A DNA stretch of 64,000 nt from Histomonas meleagridis 2922-C6/04-290x. Taxonomy: Eukaryota; Protista; Parabasalia. Where the stretch lies: the NCBI GenBank assembly GCA_020184695.1, contig JAANOX010000228.1, forward strand, positions 93,443 through 157,442, written 5' to 3'. Both the position numbers and the translations under genes were made by a program. How positions within the stretch are numbered: position 1 is the stretch's first letter; every line of letters begins with the position of its first letter. The notes beneath the pieces were generated by a model. The model saw nothing but the letters and a program-made list of their open reading frames with translations, was not told the origin of the DNA and searched no databases. Shown here piece by piece: positions 11,221 through 24,258 of this stretch.

Positions 11221-11503
11221 ATCACACATTATACAACGAAAAGCCTCATCTGATGCGCTAAAAATTCTTTATATTGATTTTCATCTTTTTCTATTTAAAT
11301 CAATCCGATAAAATTTCTCAACACTTGAATATATTGTTTGAAATATCTTAAAGCAATGAGGCTTATTATGTGTTTAAACTTCAAGAAGACGAATTATTCA
11401 TGTTTTTTTGAAGCTGATTTTCTTGAATTATTTTTCAAAGGTTTATTTGCGTTATGTGATTAGACTGACATGTGATCTGAAAATAGGGATATCCCAATAC
11501 CAA

Positions 11504-12214
11504 ATGAACAACACCATTACTTATGACTCTGTTTTTGATTACGGTGAATTTATGTCCAAAGATTTCCAAAACAATGGGATGATTACTGATTGCACTTTGA
11601 TTATTGATGGTCAACCATATCGATCACATACAACTATTCTTGCAAATAGTTCTGTGTTTTTTTACAATGCTTTTACAAGTGGTATGCAAGAAGATGTTGA
11701 GCGCCAAGTTCCAATTGATGTAAATCCTGGAAATCTATTTCTTGATGTATTGAGATGGTTTTATACAGGAAAAATACAAATTTTACCAGAAAATGTAATG
11801 TGTATATTTGCTATTGCAAGGTTTTATGGAATTGGGCTTCTTGCTAATGCAATTGAAAATATTCTCAATTCTGGCATTAACGAAGAAAATTTAATTACTT
11901 TGATAAATCAATGTTACGAATATCAACTGAATGCAGAGTTAAGGTACTTAGCTAAATATATTGCAGAATTTTACTTTTCAAATAGAATATCAATATCAAC
12001 TTTATCCAATGTCTTAGATATACCAACATTTTGTCAAGTATTATCAACACGTAAGTTACAATTTCGTGAGTTACTTAACACATTAAATGAATTTATTGGT
12101 GATTATAATTGTACCGAAGAAGAAATTCAAGCTATTAAATCCTTGTTTGACCTGAAGGACAAACAAGTTTTGCAAACTTTGAAGAGCCAAAATCTTCCAT
12201 GGATGCCTTTATAA
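11504..12214 (+). CDS. BTB/POZ-domain protein
   Basis: TDCTLIIDGQPYRSHTTILANSSVFFYNAF and FLDVLRWFYTGKI. First ATG is at 11504. Confidence 0.85.
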   Translation: MNNTITYDSVFDYGEFMSKDFQNNGMITDCTLIIDGQPYRSHTTILANSSVFFYNAFTSGMQEDVERQVPIDVNPGNLFLDVLRWFYTGKIQILPENVMCIFAIARFYGIGLLANAIENILNSGINEENLITLINQCYEYQLNAELRYLAKYIAEFYFSNRISISTLSNVLDIPTFCQVLSTRKLQFRELLNTLNEFIGDYNCTEEEIQAIKSLFDLKDKQVLQTLKSQNLPWMPL

Positions 12215-12524
12215 ATTTTTAATCTTGGATAATTTTTTTTTCTTTTGTTTGTTTGTGATAATTATTCGAAGGCTTTTTATACCGTTTGTTTTTTCATCTT
12301 ATTTTTCATAATTTTAAATAATTAATTTTTTTAGATTATATCAATTTCTTGACTTTAAAAACGACTTGAATTTCCTTGTTATTTTCATCTTGTTTTAATT
12401 CTTATTTTCATTAGTTTTGTTTAAATTTTTTTTTTACAGTTTATATCCTGTATCTAACAGGATCACTTTCCCGTAAGATTATCAAAAAGTTACAAGTTAT
12501 ACAAAGACAATGGATAAAAAGTGA

Positions 12525-15162
12525 ATGCAACATGAAGAATTGATAACTTTACAGATATATTTGAAATATTTTTTTTTTTTGGTTTATTTCCACGGCCAGT
12601 AGTCAATTGCTTTGGATAGAAAAAGTGGAATGTCTTAATCAAATTTTTTGGCGAATGTCTGTTCCTTTCATTACACTTCATCGCCAAGTATTACAAGAAA
12701 GACAACTCACCAACCTACTTAGTACAGAGATTAATCGTCAACGCGATTTCATCGAAACTTCACTACGAGGTTTAATTTCTGAATTACGATCGTTTGCGTT
12801 ATGCGACATGTGGTATCCCAAATTATCAGAAACAGATGTTACAACATTCATCAACTCATCGATTTATAAACGAGACATTAGTCAAATATTTGAGACCCCA
12901 TCATCTTTACCATTTAGTACATCCATCACAGTCAAGATCAACAATTTTATGAAAGGGATTCCACAATATTATCCATTATTAATTAAATGTATTTTTAAAT
13001 ATTTTACAGATTCTTCGTTAACAAATCGACCAAATCTCAATTACATCCCATCACCTTCCATCTTATTTTTTGCATCCTCAACGTTTCCTTCTTTATTTGG
13101 GTATTGTTGGTGTATTGAACAAGGTGTTGCATATGTTCATGCATTATGTGAACTTATTGACATGCAAATCAAATCCTGTGGCTCAGTTACTTCAGCCCAT
13201 TTCCGTAACTCATTTATTCGTGAATTGATTCGACAATTTTTACATAATAATGGAATCCAAAAATATCTCCAACTTGCGTTATCATCCGACTTAAGCATCA
13301 TAATGAACGACGAAGTCCTTACCTCCATGCAGGAGAGCTCCTTAGAGTACATTGAGATCCTATTAAAGTATGCCGTCAAATTAACCAACGAGTTAATCTA
13401 TTGCATTCCCAAAATCCCGAGCATCATTCGGTACTTCTTCTCAGAAGCGTTTAAGGTTGCGTTACGGAACTTCCCAGAACAAACCTCCGAAGCATATCAA
13501 TTAATGGAATACTTTTTTATTAATATCATTTTACAACCTGCGATGTTGAATCCGAAATTGTTTTGTTTAGTGACAGAGACAGCCGCTATCACTCGCTCTA
13601 ATCATTTTACCACGTTAACGAAACTCTTTCGATGGAAACTTAACCATAAATTAATACCCGAAATGTACATTGAGAAAGGGATATTATGTAATGACACGTT
13701 CAAGCAATTACGAGTCTTTGAGATCTTAGAAAAGATTGGGATTTATGATGGAGGTGTTGAAGGTATTTCAGCGAAGAAGCTTCAAAAAGTAACGAAAGTT
13801 ATGTCACATCCATTGTTATTATCTGTCAATGACATTTTATATTTAACTCAATTAGTTAATGACACAATAAATTTAATTGAAGTCGACTCAAGTGAAAAAG
13901 CAGCGCGATATAAATTTAAAGAGTTATGTAACATCGGAAATGTAACGTTAGAAAATGATGAACTTTTAGACTTTTGGTTCCAATCATTTAAATTACCGAC
14001 AAATAACATGACGAATATTAACGATGATGAAGAAGAAGGAGCAAAAATTGTATTACCAATCATTAACAAAATTAGTAATAATAATAACGGAGAAGAGAGT
14101 AAAGAAATCGAACAATTAATTGTTCACTTGATTAATTATTTACAAGGTATACATCCTGATCCGAATGCGCCAACAAATTTAACAAAGTTCTTACAAAAGC
14201 AAATGGAAAAAGCTGAAGATATATCATCAAATGAATGGATAACTCGAACGCAAGCAATACAATCGAAGATTAAAAGATCACATAAAAGTGATGACGAGAT
14301 ATTAAAGATATTACATAACACTATTAACAAACGAATATTTGAACATTCTTCAAAGTTTTCCATTTCATTTAAACTCCAAGAACGTGGTCAAGAATTAGAA
14401 ATGTTATATCAAAATGCGAAGAATGCGAATTTGCAATTAAAGCCAATCGTTTATCAGGCAGTACTTAAGTTGTTCTTGTTAAGGAATGACTTAGTCGAGA
14501 AGGACATCGGAAGTAACATATTGGCATTAATGGTGAAGGATCAGGACTGGCTAAGTTTCTTCTCTTCAACTGCTGACTCACTTTTCAAGTTCGCCGAGCA
14601 AATCGGTTTGGATAGCTCGAGTAATATGGCTTTAGCTAGGCAATTACATAGTGGATTAGTTTCCAAACTACCGATGAAGAATTTCATGATCGTGAATCGA
14701 GAGTTAATGCAAAAGAATAACCAAGTCGTGGATTTGACCGATAAAGCAATGGCACTTTTCATGAAGGAAACTCACTCACAAAATCTGACGAAACTTTTTG
14801 AGAACCCAAACTGCTTCGAGCCCGTTTATAGGATATTAAGAAATGGTACAATAACTGGCGCACCTTTGGAAAGATTGGCTTACATTTGTGACGCAATGAC
14901 TGCACTCCAAAATATTTACTTGTTCGAAACTGGTGAGGCATGCGCTGGAGATGACTTCTTACCATTGGTGATTTATACTTTGCTTGGTGCAAAATTACCA
15001 AATCTTGCTACACTGGTGAAATATATTTCACATTATTTGTTTGCTATAACAGAAAAATTAAGGGTTTTGGAATCAAAGGAAAAATATGTCGCAACAACAT
15101 TCGTAAGCGCGGCAGATCATATATTCGCTTTGATCGAAAATCTTCAAAAAAAAGATAAATAA
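12525..15162 (+). CDS. RasGAP-like + VPS9-domain protein (GAPVD1/RME-6-like); probable homopolymer frameshift near 12570-12580
   Basis: C-terminal VPS9 motif AGDDFLPLVIYTLL and an N-terminal GAP-like helical region (IPSIIRYF, ILQPAMLNP). ATG 12525 joins the 12607 ORF if the 12-T run gains one T. Confidence 0.75.
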
Positions 15163-15602
15163 ATCGAACTCAATTTCGGTTACATCGGCAAAAATAATAA
15201 AATCAAATTTCAAAATTTTTTGTTTTGATATGTACAAAATCTTTTAAGTTGAGTACAGTTTTGAGAGATCATTTAAATATTAAAATGCGTTTTAATGATT
15301 ATTTTTATTGTAATTCATGAAATAATCATTTGATAAATTATGAATTTTTTTGTGAATTGAATGATAATATAATAGAAGAAATCTAAAGTATTTCTATTTC
15401 TTTTGTAATTTACATATTTTTTTTGATATTGATAATGAATTTTTCGGGTTAAAACAAAGGAAGAATGTGAAGTCAAAATAAACACCCAAATTTTGCTCTC
15501 AATTTGTGGAAATTTTCATTCAAATTTGAATCGCAATTTTCAAGTACTTTGTTTAAATATTGATTTTGAAAAGAAAACTGTTTTAACATTTCACTTTTTT
15601 TA

Positions 15603-15953
15603 ATGTCTGATCAATTTTACGACCCAAGAACCTTCAAGAAGGTTCCACCACCTCCTGGTTCCGTTGCTGCTAAGAAGGCTGCTGGACAAAAAATCCCACG
15701 TCCAAATGCCAAAGCAAGAGCAATGAACGAAATCGATAACAACACAGAATGCTTCGAAGTTAACACAGTTGGTTTCGAATTCGCTAGCAAAATGAAAAAT
15801 CTACGCAACCAAAAAGGTTGGACACAAAAAGATTTAGCATTACGTGCAAGTGTTAAAATCGATGTTGTTCGCGACTATGAAAATGGTACAGCTATTCCAG
15901 ATAACAGAATGATCAAGAGGTTTGAGCAAGTCCTCGGTGGAAAGCTGCGTTAA
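15603..15953 (+). CDS. MBF1: multiprotein bridging factor 1 (HTH)
   Basis: RNQKGWTQKDLA..VVRDYENGTAIPDNRMIKRFEQVLGGKLR. Confidence 0.9.
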   Translation: MSDQFYDPRTFKKVPPPPGSVAAKKAAGQKIPRPNAKARAMNEIDNNTECFEVNTVGFEFASKMKNLRNQKGWTQKDLALRASVKIDVVRDYENGTAIPDNRMIKRFEQVLGGKLR

Positions 15954-16410
15954 ACTTGATTATTATTCTTAAATAAAATTTAATTTGCTCATTCTATGAA
16001 AATATCTTTTTGGTTCTTATTTTGTCCGTTCCTTTTTTGTTTTAACTTCAGCCAACTTTAATAAAAAGTAATAAGATTATTAATAATTGAACAATAAAAG
16101 AAAAAGTTTTGATTCTTCAAGTTGCATATTCAATGCAATATCGAAAACTTTTTAAGAATTAGATAAAAAAACCATTTGGCCCAAGTGACTTAGATGAGAA
16201 ATCGCAGCCACCAAAATATCCCTTTATAGAACAACATTACCAAAAATTTTTATATGTTGCCATGAAGAATCCGGAATGTGTTGATCACTCTATGAAATAA
16301 GATGCAAAAAACAAAGAAGAAATTTTAAAGTCAAAATTTCCGTGTGTGGCTTATTTTTATTGAAAATACAGTGACAAAATTTTGCATTCCTCATTCAAAT
16401 TTTTCATCGT

Positions 16411-18678
16411 TTTTTAACGAGTTGCATATGTGTGATTTTGTTTATGCACAAATAGTATTCTTTATTACTATCATTTGAATTGAAACAATGAAAAATTAAA
16501 GAAAGTTACAGTTAAATTAAGTTCATTTGGGAATGGCATCAAGGCAGCATTGAATATTTAATTAAATGCTTATGAGTAAATCTTAAGTCAACGATCGTTG
16601 AATGAGTAAATATGATAAAAAATTTGAGTGATTAAAAGAAATTTCAAATTATGGATAAAAAGCAATGGGAAATCGTGACTATATAAACACATTCCAATCC
16701 TACCGAAAATTTTTTGACTATAAAAGTTTAGTTTGAACTGTGTTTGTACACAAAACCGTCCAAAATTTGATAGTGATTCAACATATTGTTCTAAAAGTTT
16801 AATAAAATCAGGAAATATATTTATAACTATTCGAATATTTGACAGAAAAAGCAAATTAAGGAAAAAAAAAGAAAAAAAAAAAAAAGAAATTAATTTCTTT
16901 TGTTTATAGTTTATTTGGTTAATTTTGTTTTATAAATGATTTTTATTTGAGTTTTTTAACAAGAAATCACCTTTTGTCCATTAATAATTCATTTATTGAA
17001 GTGTTTTTGAAAAATTCTGGGCAACATGTTGTCATTGATCATTTTTGTCAGCAAATCTAAAACCATCATAAATTAATTCTGATTTTCTTTTTGTTGTCTT
17101 TTATCGAGTGATGGCGTAATACCCTTTGTTTTGAGATGTATAATTTTGAAGATAATGATCATTAATAATAATTATGAATATATTAATACTGTAAGAATGA
17201 TAGTTAGTTTATATATAAGTTATACTATAATCAATACAAATCATTTTGATTTTAATATAATATTAAAAAAATTTATATTTAAGTTTCCAAATTTTTTTAT
17301 TTTAAAGTTTCGGAATAAAAATTTGTTCTTGAAAATCATTCGCAAATGGATCTTCAGCAATATCTTGAAGTCTTAATACATTACAATTATTCATTTCATG
17401 CGTTAAATGTTCATGTTCATATCCATGTTCATTTTCGGAATTTGTTTCTTTCTTCTTTTGATGTCGTCGTGTAATTAAAATAATAATAGTAATAAGAATA
17501 ATAACAAATAAAATAATTCCAATAACAATTCCGATTATTAAAATCGTTTTCGAACCATTTTCATTCTCATATTCATTCTCATTTCCTTCATTCATTTGGT
17601 AAATATGATAAAAATTAGAATAATATGTTATATATGTAGAATATATAAGAATCGTATAATCATAATAAATAATTTCACTTATAATATATCCAAAATATTC
17701 AGAATTTCCTGTGAATGTGATCGTAATTGAAAGATATATTTCATTAATAGAAATTGTATTCGTAATTATTAATGAATGTGTTAAAGTATTCGATAATGAA
17801 ATTGTGTATGAATGTGTTTTCCTTTCTGTTTCAATTTCTGTTTCTATATATGAAAATGTTTGTGTTTCTGTTTGTGAATGTATTTCTGTTTCTATATATG
17901 AATGTGTTTGCGTTATAATAAATGTTTCTGATATTGTGTTTGATGTTATAATTGTTAATGTTTCCGATGTGATTAATGTTAATGATGAAAAAATGGAATT
18001 CGTTTCAATTAATGTGCATGTCTTTGATTCTGTGATTGATTCACTAAATATTCGTGTTATCGTTTCTGAGTTCGTTTTCGTTAATGTTTGTGTTAATGAT
18101 CCTGTCGTAATTGGAATATATATTTGTGATGATATTAACGAATTCGTGTTTGTGATAATATTTGATATTGTTGTTGTAGGTGAAAGTACCGATGTATAAG
18201 ATAATACTGATCCATATGTAGAAGTTAGTGTGTATGTATGTGTGACTGTAGTAACATATGTTTCTGTATACGTCTTTCTTCCATTCACAAGCGTAGTTGT
18301 GTATCCTAATGTAATGCCACTTGTTGGTGAATAAGTACTTGTTTGAAGACTTGTATATATAATAGTCAAAGAATTCACGAATGTATTTGTTATAGTATTC
18401 GTAAATAATGATGTTTGAATTATTGTGTTTACTGATGTGTATGATAATGTTGATGTTTGGATGTCAATATATGAATTAACATATGAATCAGTGTGTGAAT
18501 TTGTTCGTGCCATAGAAGGTGATGATGTAATAGATTTCGTCATCGTGTAAATGAATGTCGATGTTGTCGTGTTAAAATATAGAAATGAATTCGTGTTAGT
18601 TTCAATGCTTTCTTTAATATTAATATAACTTTGAACATTCGTAACAGATAATGTAAATGATGATGTAGATGTAATTTC
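16411..18678 (-). repeat. ~2.25-kb inverted duplication, arm 2 (partner 259-2509)
   Basis: Near-identical reverse complement of arm 1, including the non-coding 3' flank. Confidence 0.9.
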
Positions 18679-19191
18679 GTGTTCTTCAATGATTTCATTT
18701 TCATTATTTAAAAGTATTGGTGAATATGTAAATATCGAAAAATTAGAATGTAAATGTTTCATTTGATTTGCAGAATTAAGTTGAATTTGTTTATTAAGTC
18801 GACTGCAATTCGAAAAACTTTGAATACCTAAATGAAAGGTTTTAGTGTTTATAAAAACGTTCGTTAATAATGGACATGATGAAAATGCATAATCTCCAAT
18901 AATTTGTATACATCAATAATGACTTTATTCAAATTCGAACAATAAGAAAAACAATAATCTCCGATAGAAAAAACAGATGAAATATGAACTTCTAATAATG
19001 AATTCCAATATGAAAATGAATATTCTGTGAGATGATTCACATGATCATAAACAAAAAGATATTTCGTAAAACTTTCAAAGTCTGATAAATTTTCGTTCTC
19101 TTTCGTAACTTTAAGGATAAAATTAGTTTCATTGAATGATGTTTGATGTGAAAATAAATTTCAAACAAAAACAAATGATAAATATTTCCAT
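17302..19191 (-). pseudogene. BspA-like surface protein copy B (divergent LRR head, two frameshifts)
   Basis: The head LFSHQTSFNE..YSFSYWNSLLEVHISSVFSIGDYCFSYCSNL / IGDYAFSSCPLL is read across shifts near 19165 and 18905. Stalk and tail match copy A. Confidence 0.75.
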
Positions 19192-19594
19192 AACATTTTC
19201 GAAAATGTTTAATATGTTGAAACAAGCCAAATGTTGATTAAACGGTCGATAAAAATATGTTTTTTTATGAAAATAATTTTGATTTTTTAAAAATGCTTTG
19301 GAAAGATAATCAAAAAATAATATAACTATGCTCACATATTCGATTCCAATCAGGTTTTATCAGAGAATTAAATGTAATTTGATTAGAAAAGAAATTTGGC
19401 TTAAAGAATCAAACCACTGCTTCTTCAGAAGTCGTTATTGAGTATAAAAAAACGATTAAATTTGATATATTTAAGACAACGATAGATCATCTATCGTAAG
19501 CGTTCTAATGATTTATATTTTACAATTGCATAAAGTATTTAAACAAAATTGAATGTTTTATTTACAATTGAGTATTAGTTTACGGTTTTAAAAT

Positions 19595-20926
19595 TTAGTT
19601 ACATTTATCCGAAATGTTTGGACACAAAATATATAAATTCCCTTCAAAAGAAAACAACTTAAATGGCTCACCGAGAATGAACTGATCACCGGTTTCTCTG
19701 ATATGCAAAACGTCCGAACTTTTAGCAATTAAATAATATTCTTCTTCATTTAAAGCTTCGATTTGTGACTCGATAACTTTTGCCTTGATGACTCTTGAGT
19801 AGCCATAGTACCACAGGTCCAAATCGTCAGTTTCATCAGATACAAATTCAAATGTTACAATATTTCGTTTGAAGAATTGGCTTAAGTTTTCTTCGTCAAT
19901 TTGTTCGCCGCCGAGGGGATGGCGGAACGAGTCCGCCGAAAAGAATTGCGAACTTTGACTTGAGATCGGATCATATACAACATCTTCATCATTTTCATTG
20001 ATTTGCGATGAAATTGGATCAGCTTCAAATGCTTCGTTTCCTTGTTTGGTTATAACTCTTCGATTTGGTTGTGTAAAATAATTTTCGGCTTCTTCATATG
20101 ATTCAATGTCTTCCATAGAATCCGGTTTGTTTTGCTGCTGAGGTACATATGACGAATCGCTGTCCTCATTGGAGTCAATAACTTCAAAGGATTCGGTGGA
20201 ATTTGAGTTCGGCGTATTGTGTGATGATATATTTGTTGAATCACTTTCATCTTCGATTTCTTCGATGTACTGTTGGGATGTTTGGGTTGGATTTGGTTGA
20301 AGTCGTCTGTTTGTTTTAGGCTTTCGACGTGTAATTATTTGTGGTGGAAATGAACTTTCACTTTCATCAACAGAATCAACTTCTTCAATTAGCTCTTGAT
20401 ATGGGTCATTTGAGTTAGGAGAAAAATGTTTTTGTATGTCAAGTTTTGGTCGATCAACTCGTTGATATCGAATTCGATTCGAATTTTTGTTGCTAGTGAC
20501 ATCAACAACACCAGCTGGAGAACTGATTTGTAGTGTAATTGGTGGAGGTTCATGTTGCGAAATGAAAGACTTTTCTTGACTTGTAGTATTTGGCGAAAAA
20601 CTTTGAAAATCATCACTTCCAAATCGTGTTTTTGATTTTGCTTCTGGGGATTTAAGTGTTTTTAGTGAGCTTACATTTTTTTTTGGTGGTGGTGATAAAA
20701 ATTTTTGAGATTTTTCAGGTGATAATATTGTTCTTTTCAAGGATAAAATTGCTTCGCTAGTATCATCCTCCAGATAATCTAGTGAATCGATATCCATTGA
20801 CTGGCTTAAATATTCTTCTTCTGATTTTAATACATCAATATTTTCAATATCTTGATTTTCACTTGTACTACTTAGCCATTGAGATGTTGACTCAGAAGTA
20901 GTATTTGCATTTGTTCTTTTCTTCAT
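19595..20926 (-). CDS. Ser/Glu-rich low-complexity hypothetical protein
   Basis: 443-aa ORF, divergent from POLA1. No family recognised. Confidence 0.65.
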   Translation of the reverse strand: MKKRTNANTTSESTSQWLSSTSENQDIENIDVLKSEEEYLSQSMDIDSLDYLEDDTSEAILSLKRTILSPEKSQKFLSPPPKKNVSSLKTLKSPEAKSKTRFGSDDFQSFSPNTTSQEKSFISQHEPPPITLQISSPAGVVDVTSNKNSNRIRYQRVDRPKLDIQKHFSPNSNDPYQELIEEVDSVDESESSFPPQIITRRKPKTNRRLQPNPTQTSQQYIEEIEDESDSTNISSHNTPNSNSTESFEVIDSNEDSDSSYVPQQQNKPDSMEDIESYEEAENYFTQPNRRVITKQGNEAFEADPISSQINENDEDVVYDPISSQSSQFFSADSFRHPLGGEQIDEENLSQFFKRNIVTFEFVSDETDDLDLWYYGYSRVIKAKVIESQIEALNEEEYYLIAKSSDVLHIRETGDQFILGEPFKLFSFEGNLYILCPNISDKCN

Positions 20927-20991
20927 TTAATGCAAAAATAATTTTTCTTCACCAGTGAAATACGATAGAACGATAGAAAAAAGGAAAAATT

Positions 20992-23900
20992 TTGGCGAAC
21001 GAAAATTTAGACGAACCACCATTAGCTGTCGTTGTATCGAATGACTCAGCAGATTCTAGAGAACTCCTAATATCATTGTATCCAGATCAATCCATTGATT
21101 TTAGTGAACAATCTGATATCTTGATTCCTCAACCAAATAATATTATTTTAGATGAAAAAGACATAATAGAAGCGTATTTATTTCAAACTCATGAAGAAGG
21201 TGGGAAATTATATCTTTTTTTAAAGTTGTTGATTGATGAAATTTTTCAAACAATTTGCATTCAAATTCAAGAACCTAGATATTATTTGCAATTTTTACCA
21301 ATCGAAGGTAAGAAAGAAGAATTAATTGATGAAGTAAGAGAAATCGCAATTAAATGTGGTGGTAAATTAATCGAACCAAAAGATAACAAATTTTACTTTT
21401 ATATGAATTATGCATTTAATGACCCTAATATTCCAAAGGCGGCCGAATGGTTATGTGCCTCTTTTTCAAGTGATTGTAATCTTACAAATGTTCCTTTAAT
21501 TGGTGAAAATTATTCCAATGTTTTTGGTCTTACATCCACATTATCAGATTGTTTCCATACCAAGAACCAAATCAAAGGTCCATCATGGGTTCAAATACGA
21601 AAACTTCAAAATGTTGATCGATCAATTACAACTGTTCCAATGTTTACATTAAAGAATCCCAAACACATCACGCTCATAAGTGAAGAACGGAAGCCACCCA
21701 AATTCAACATCTGTTCCTTTTCATTACGAACATATTTTGAAGAAGAAAAGCAAATTCATCATGTTCTAATGCTATCGGTCCGACTTTTTAAGGATTGTGA
21801 TATTGAATCATTTGAATCGAATTCAGTCAACGCCACCACTTTTTCAAAAACCTCTGAAATCCCAAAAAGTGACAACGTCATTTTTTGTAAATCAGAGATT
21901 GAATTAGTTACTGAATTTTTTAATTTTATACATGAACAAGATATTGATATTTTATTCTCATATGGTTTACAATTTGATTGGAACTTAATATTTAATACAC
22001 TTCAACAAGAAGAAGTCTTCGGATGGTGGAAATGTGGACGTATTCGACGAGGATTTTCATTACCGAACTATGAAATTTCTCCATTTTTTTATCTTTGTGG
22101 ACGAATTTCATTTGATTTACGTATCTTATGTAATGAATTCTTGAATAACAAAACGAATTCATTATCATCGATAGTCAAAGAAGAGTTTGGACAAGAGCGT
22201 CAATCGCTTGAAGGCATTTCCATACTTAATGAGATTGAAACTCCACAGCGCTTAAAGAATTTAATTCAATACACAGAACGTGATTCGTATTATGTATCGA
22301 AACTCGCCGAGAAATTATGTGTTATCCCATTATCGATACAATTGTCGCAACTTTCTGGATGTCCATTACGTAAAGTGTTTCAAGGTCTTACGAACTTGCG
22401 ATGCGAATATTTGTTTTTACATACGTTTTCAAACTTAAATTATTTGATACCCGAAAGAACATTAAATAAATCGATAAAAAGAGAAGTGCAATATGAAGGA
22501 GGACTTGTCCTTGAACCTAAAAAAGGGTTTTATAATGAATGCGTTATGTTACTTGACTTTAATTCGTTATACCCTTCAATCATTTGCGAATACAATTTAT
22601 GTTTCATCACGTTGAATAGAACAGCACAAAACGATCAGGAAAGAATTCAAATCGCAAACGATGCAAAGGATTTGAAAGTAAAAGGAGTTTTGCCAATGAT
22701 AATGGAAGACTTGCTCAGGGAACGTTTAAAGGTGAAGCAAAAACTTATTGAATCAAACGATAAGCTGACGAAACAAAGACTGTCAATTAAACAGTCGGCG
22801 ATCAAAATCCTCTCAAATGCAATGTACGGTTATTTGGGATACCCCAATAGTCGGTTTCCTGCAATTTATATTGCTGAAATTATTACTTGTCTTGGAAGAT
22901 ATATATTACAAAAAACTGTTGACGAAATAACAGAGAAACAATTCGATGTGATATACGGTGATACTGATTCAGTGATGGTGATGAGTAAAACAAAAGATTG
23001 GAAAAGAGCAAAAGAAATTGCAATACAAATAGGAAAAGAAATAAGTTCCCAATATAAATACTTGAAACTTGGCTTCGAAAACATTTTGTTACGACTACTT
23101 CTGACAAATAAGAAGAAATATGCAGCATTAATCTTTGAGCCGCATAATGATAACGAAGAAATTAGTTTTGAAACTGCAGGTGAAAAAGAAATACGAGAAA
23201 ATTCTCGAATTGAAATCAAAGGCCTTGAAGTTATTCGAAGAGATTGGTGTGGCCTTTTGAAATACTTAGGAATGTTTGCACTTGATCAGTTTATGTATTC
23301 GGATACAAAGGTCAACGCAGCTAAAGAGATCCTTCTCGAGGTCAAACGAATTGCTGAAATGATTCGCAATAACGGTCAACCGGTTATTTCAATTGAACCG
23401 TCGTATTTCAAGAAGAAAACCGAAATAACGCTGAACGATTTGGTCATAAACAAGTCAATTACAAAGCCGATAGAGCAATATGACCCATCAAAGAAAGCGG
23501 TCAATGTTTCGGTAGCGAAATGGATGATGAAACATGGGTATAAGGTAAAGGCAAACGATGTAATACCTTATATAATGGTGGACAACAAAGCAAAGGATTA
23601 TGATTTGAAAGCTGTTCATCCAGATAATCCATTAATATCAAGTGTTGATGATGCTGACGTGGAATGGTATTTATCAACGCAAATAGTACCCCCTATTGTT
23701 AGACTTTGTGAAGTGTTTGGTATGCCAACTAAAGATCAATTAATGGATATAATCAAAAAACCGAAAAACCAAAAAACTAATGCAAAAACAAAATACTGTT
23801 ATTTGATCGAACCATATTTCTTTTGTCCTTATTGTAATACAGTGATTACCATCAAAAAGAAAATCACTTTGAAATGTACAAAATGTAAAAACGATTTGAA

Positions 23901-24258
23901 TTGGAAGACCGTTTATAACCGTCTGACCGAATTCATGTGTAAACTTCTCAATACTTATCTGTGCTGCGGTTACGGTTGTAGCTGCGGTTATTGGACGGTT
24001 CAGCTCCCGATGACAAACATTGAACATACATCACCTTCATTAAATAAGTGTAAGGGAATGCTACAAGTGAAAACAAGAAGTGTTGAGGCATATAAAGCAT
24101 TAAAGAATTTAATGACAATATTTAATGCTGATGCGGCTGTGGGAGACGCAGCAATTTTGTGCAAACATATGAAAGACTATATCGAAAACATTGTTGAATC
24201 ACATGAACTGTCGCGAATTAAGTTCACGACAATTTTATCTGTTGGTGAATATGAATAA
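20992..24258 (+). CDS. POLA1: DNA polymerase alpha catalytic subunit (family B)
   Basis: LLDFNSLYPSII, KILSNAMYG, YGDTDS, KKKYAAL and KGLEVIRRDW, plus C-terminal Cys clusters (CPYC..CTKC, CGYGCSC). Start codon uncertain. Confidence 0.9.
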   Translation: MANENLDEPPLAVVVSNDSADSRELLISLYPDQSIDFSEQSDILIPQPNNIILDEKDIIEAYLFQTHEEGGKLYLFLKLLIDEIFQTICIQIQEPRYYLQFLPIEGKKEELIDEVREIAIKCGGKLIEPKDNKFYFYMNYAFNDPNIPKAAEWLCASFSSDCNLTNVPLIGENYSNVFGLTSTLSDCFHTKNQIKGPSWVQIRKLQNVDRSITTVPMFTLKNPKHITLISEERKPPKFNICSFSLRTYFEEEKQIHHVLMLSVRLFKDCDIESFESNSVNATTFSKTSEIPKSDNVIFCKSEIELVTEFFNFIHEQDIDILFSYGLQFDWNLIFNTLQQEEVFGWWKCGRIRRGFSLPNYEISPFFYLCGRISFDLRILCNEFLNNKTNSLSSIVKEEFGQERQSLEGISILNEIETPQRLKNLIQYTERDSYYVSKLAEKLCVIPLSIQLSQLSGCPLRKVFQGLTNLRCEYLFLHTFSNLNYLIPERTLNKSIKREVQYEGGLVLEPKKGFYNECVMLLDFNSLYPSIICEYNLCFITLNRTAQNDQERIQIANDAKDLKVKGVLPMIMEDLLRERLKVKQKLIESNDKLTKQRLSIKQSAIKILSNAMYGYLGYPNSRFPAIYIAEIITCLGRYILQKTVDEITEKQFDVIYGDTDSVMVMSKTKDWKRAKEIAIQIGKEISSQYKYLKLGFENILLRLLLTNKKKYAALIFEPHNDNEEISFETAGEKEIRENSRIEIKGLEVIRRDWCGLLKYLGMFALDQFMYSDTKVNAAKEILLEVKRIAEMIRNNGQPVISIEPSYFKKKTEITLNDLVINKSITKPIEQYDPSKKAVNVSVAKWMMKHGYKVKANDVIPYIMVDNKAKDYDLKAVHPDNPLISSVDDADVEWYLSTQIVPPIVRLCEVFGMPTKDQLMDIIKKPKNQKTNAKTKYCYLIEPYFFCPYCNTVITIKKKITLKCTKCKNDLNWKTVYNRLTEFMCKLLNTYLCCGYGCSCGYWTVQLPMTNIEHTSPSLNKCKGMLQVKTRSVEAYKALKNLMTIFNADAAVGDAAILCKHMKDYIENIVESHELSRIKFTTILSVGEYE

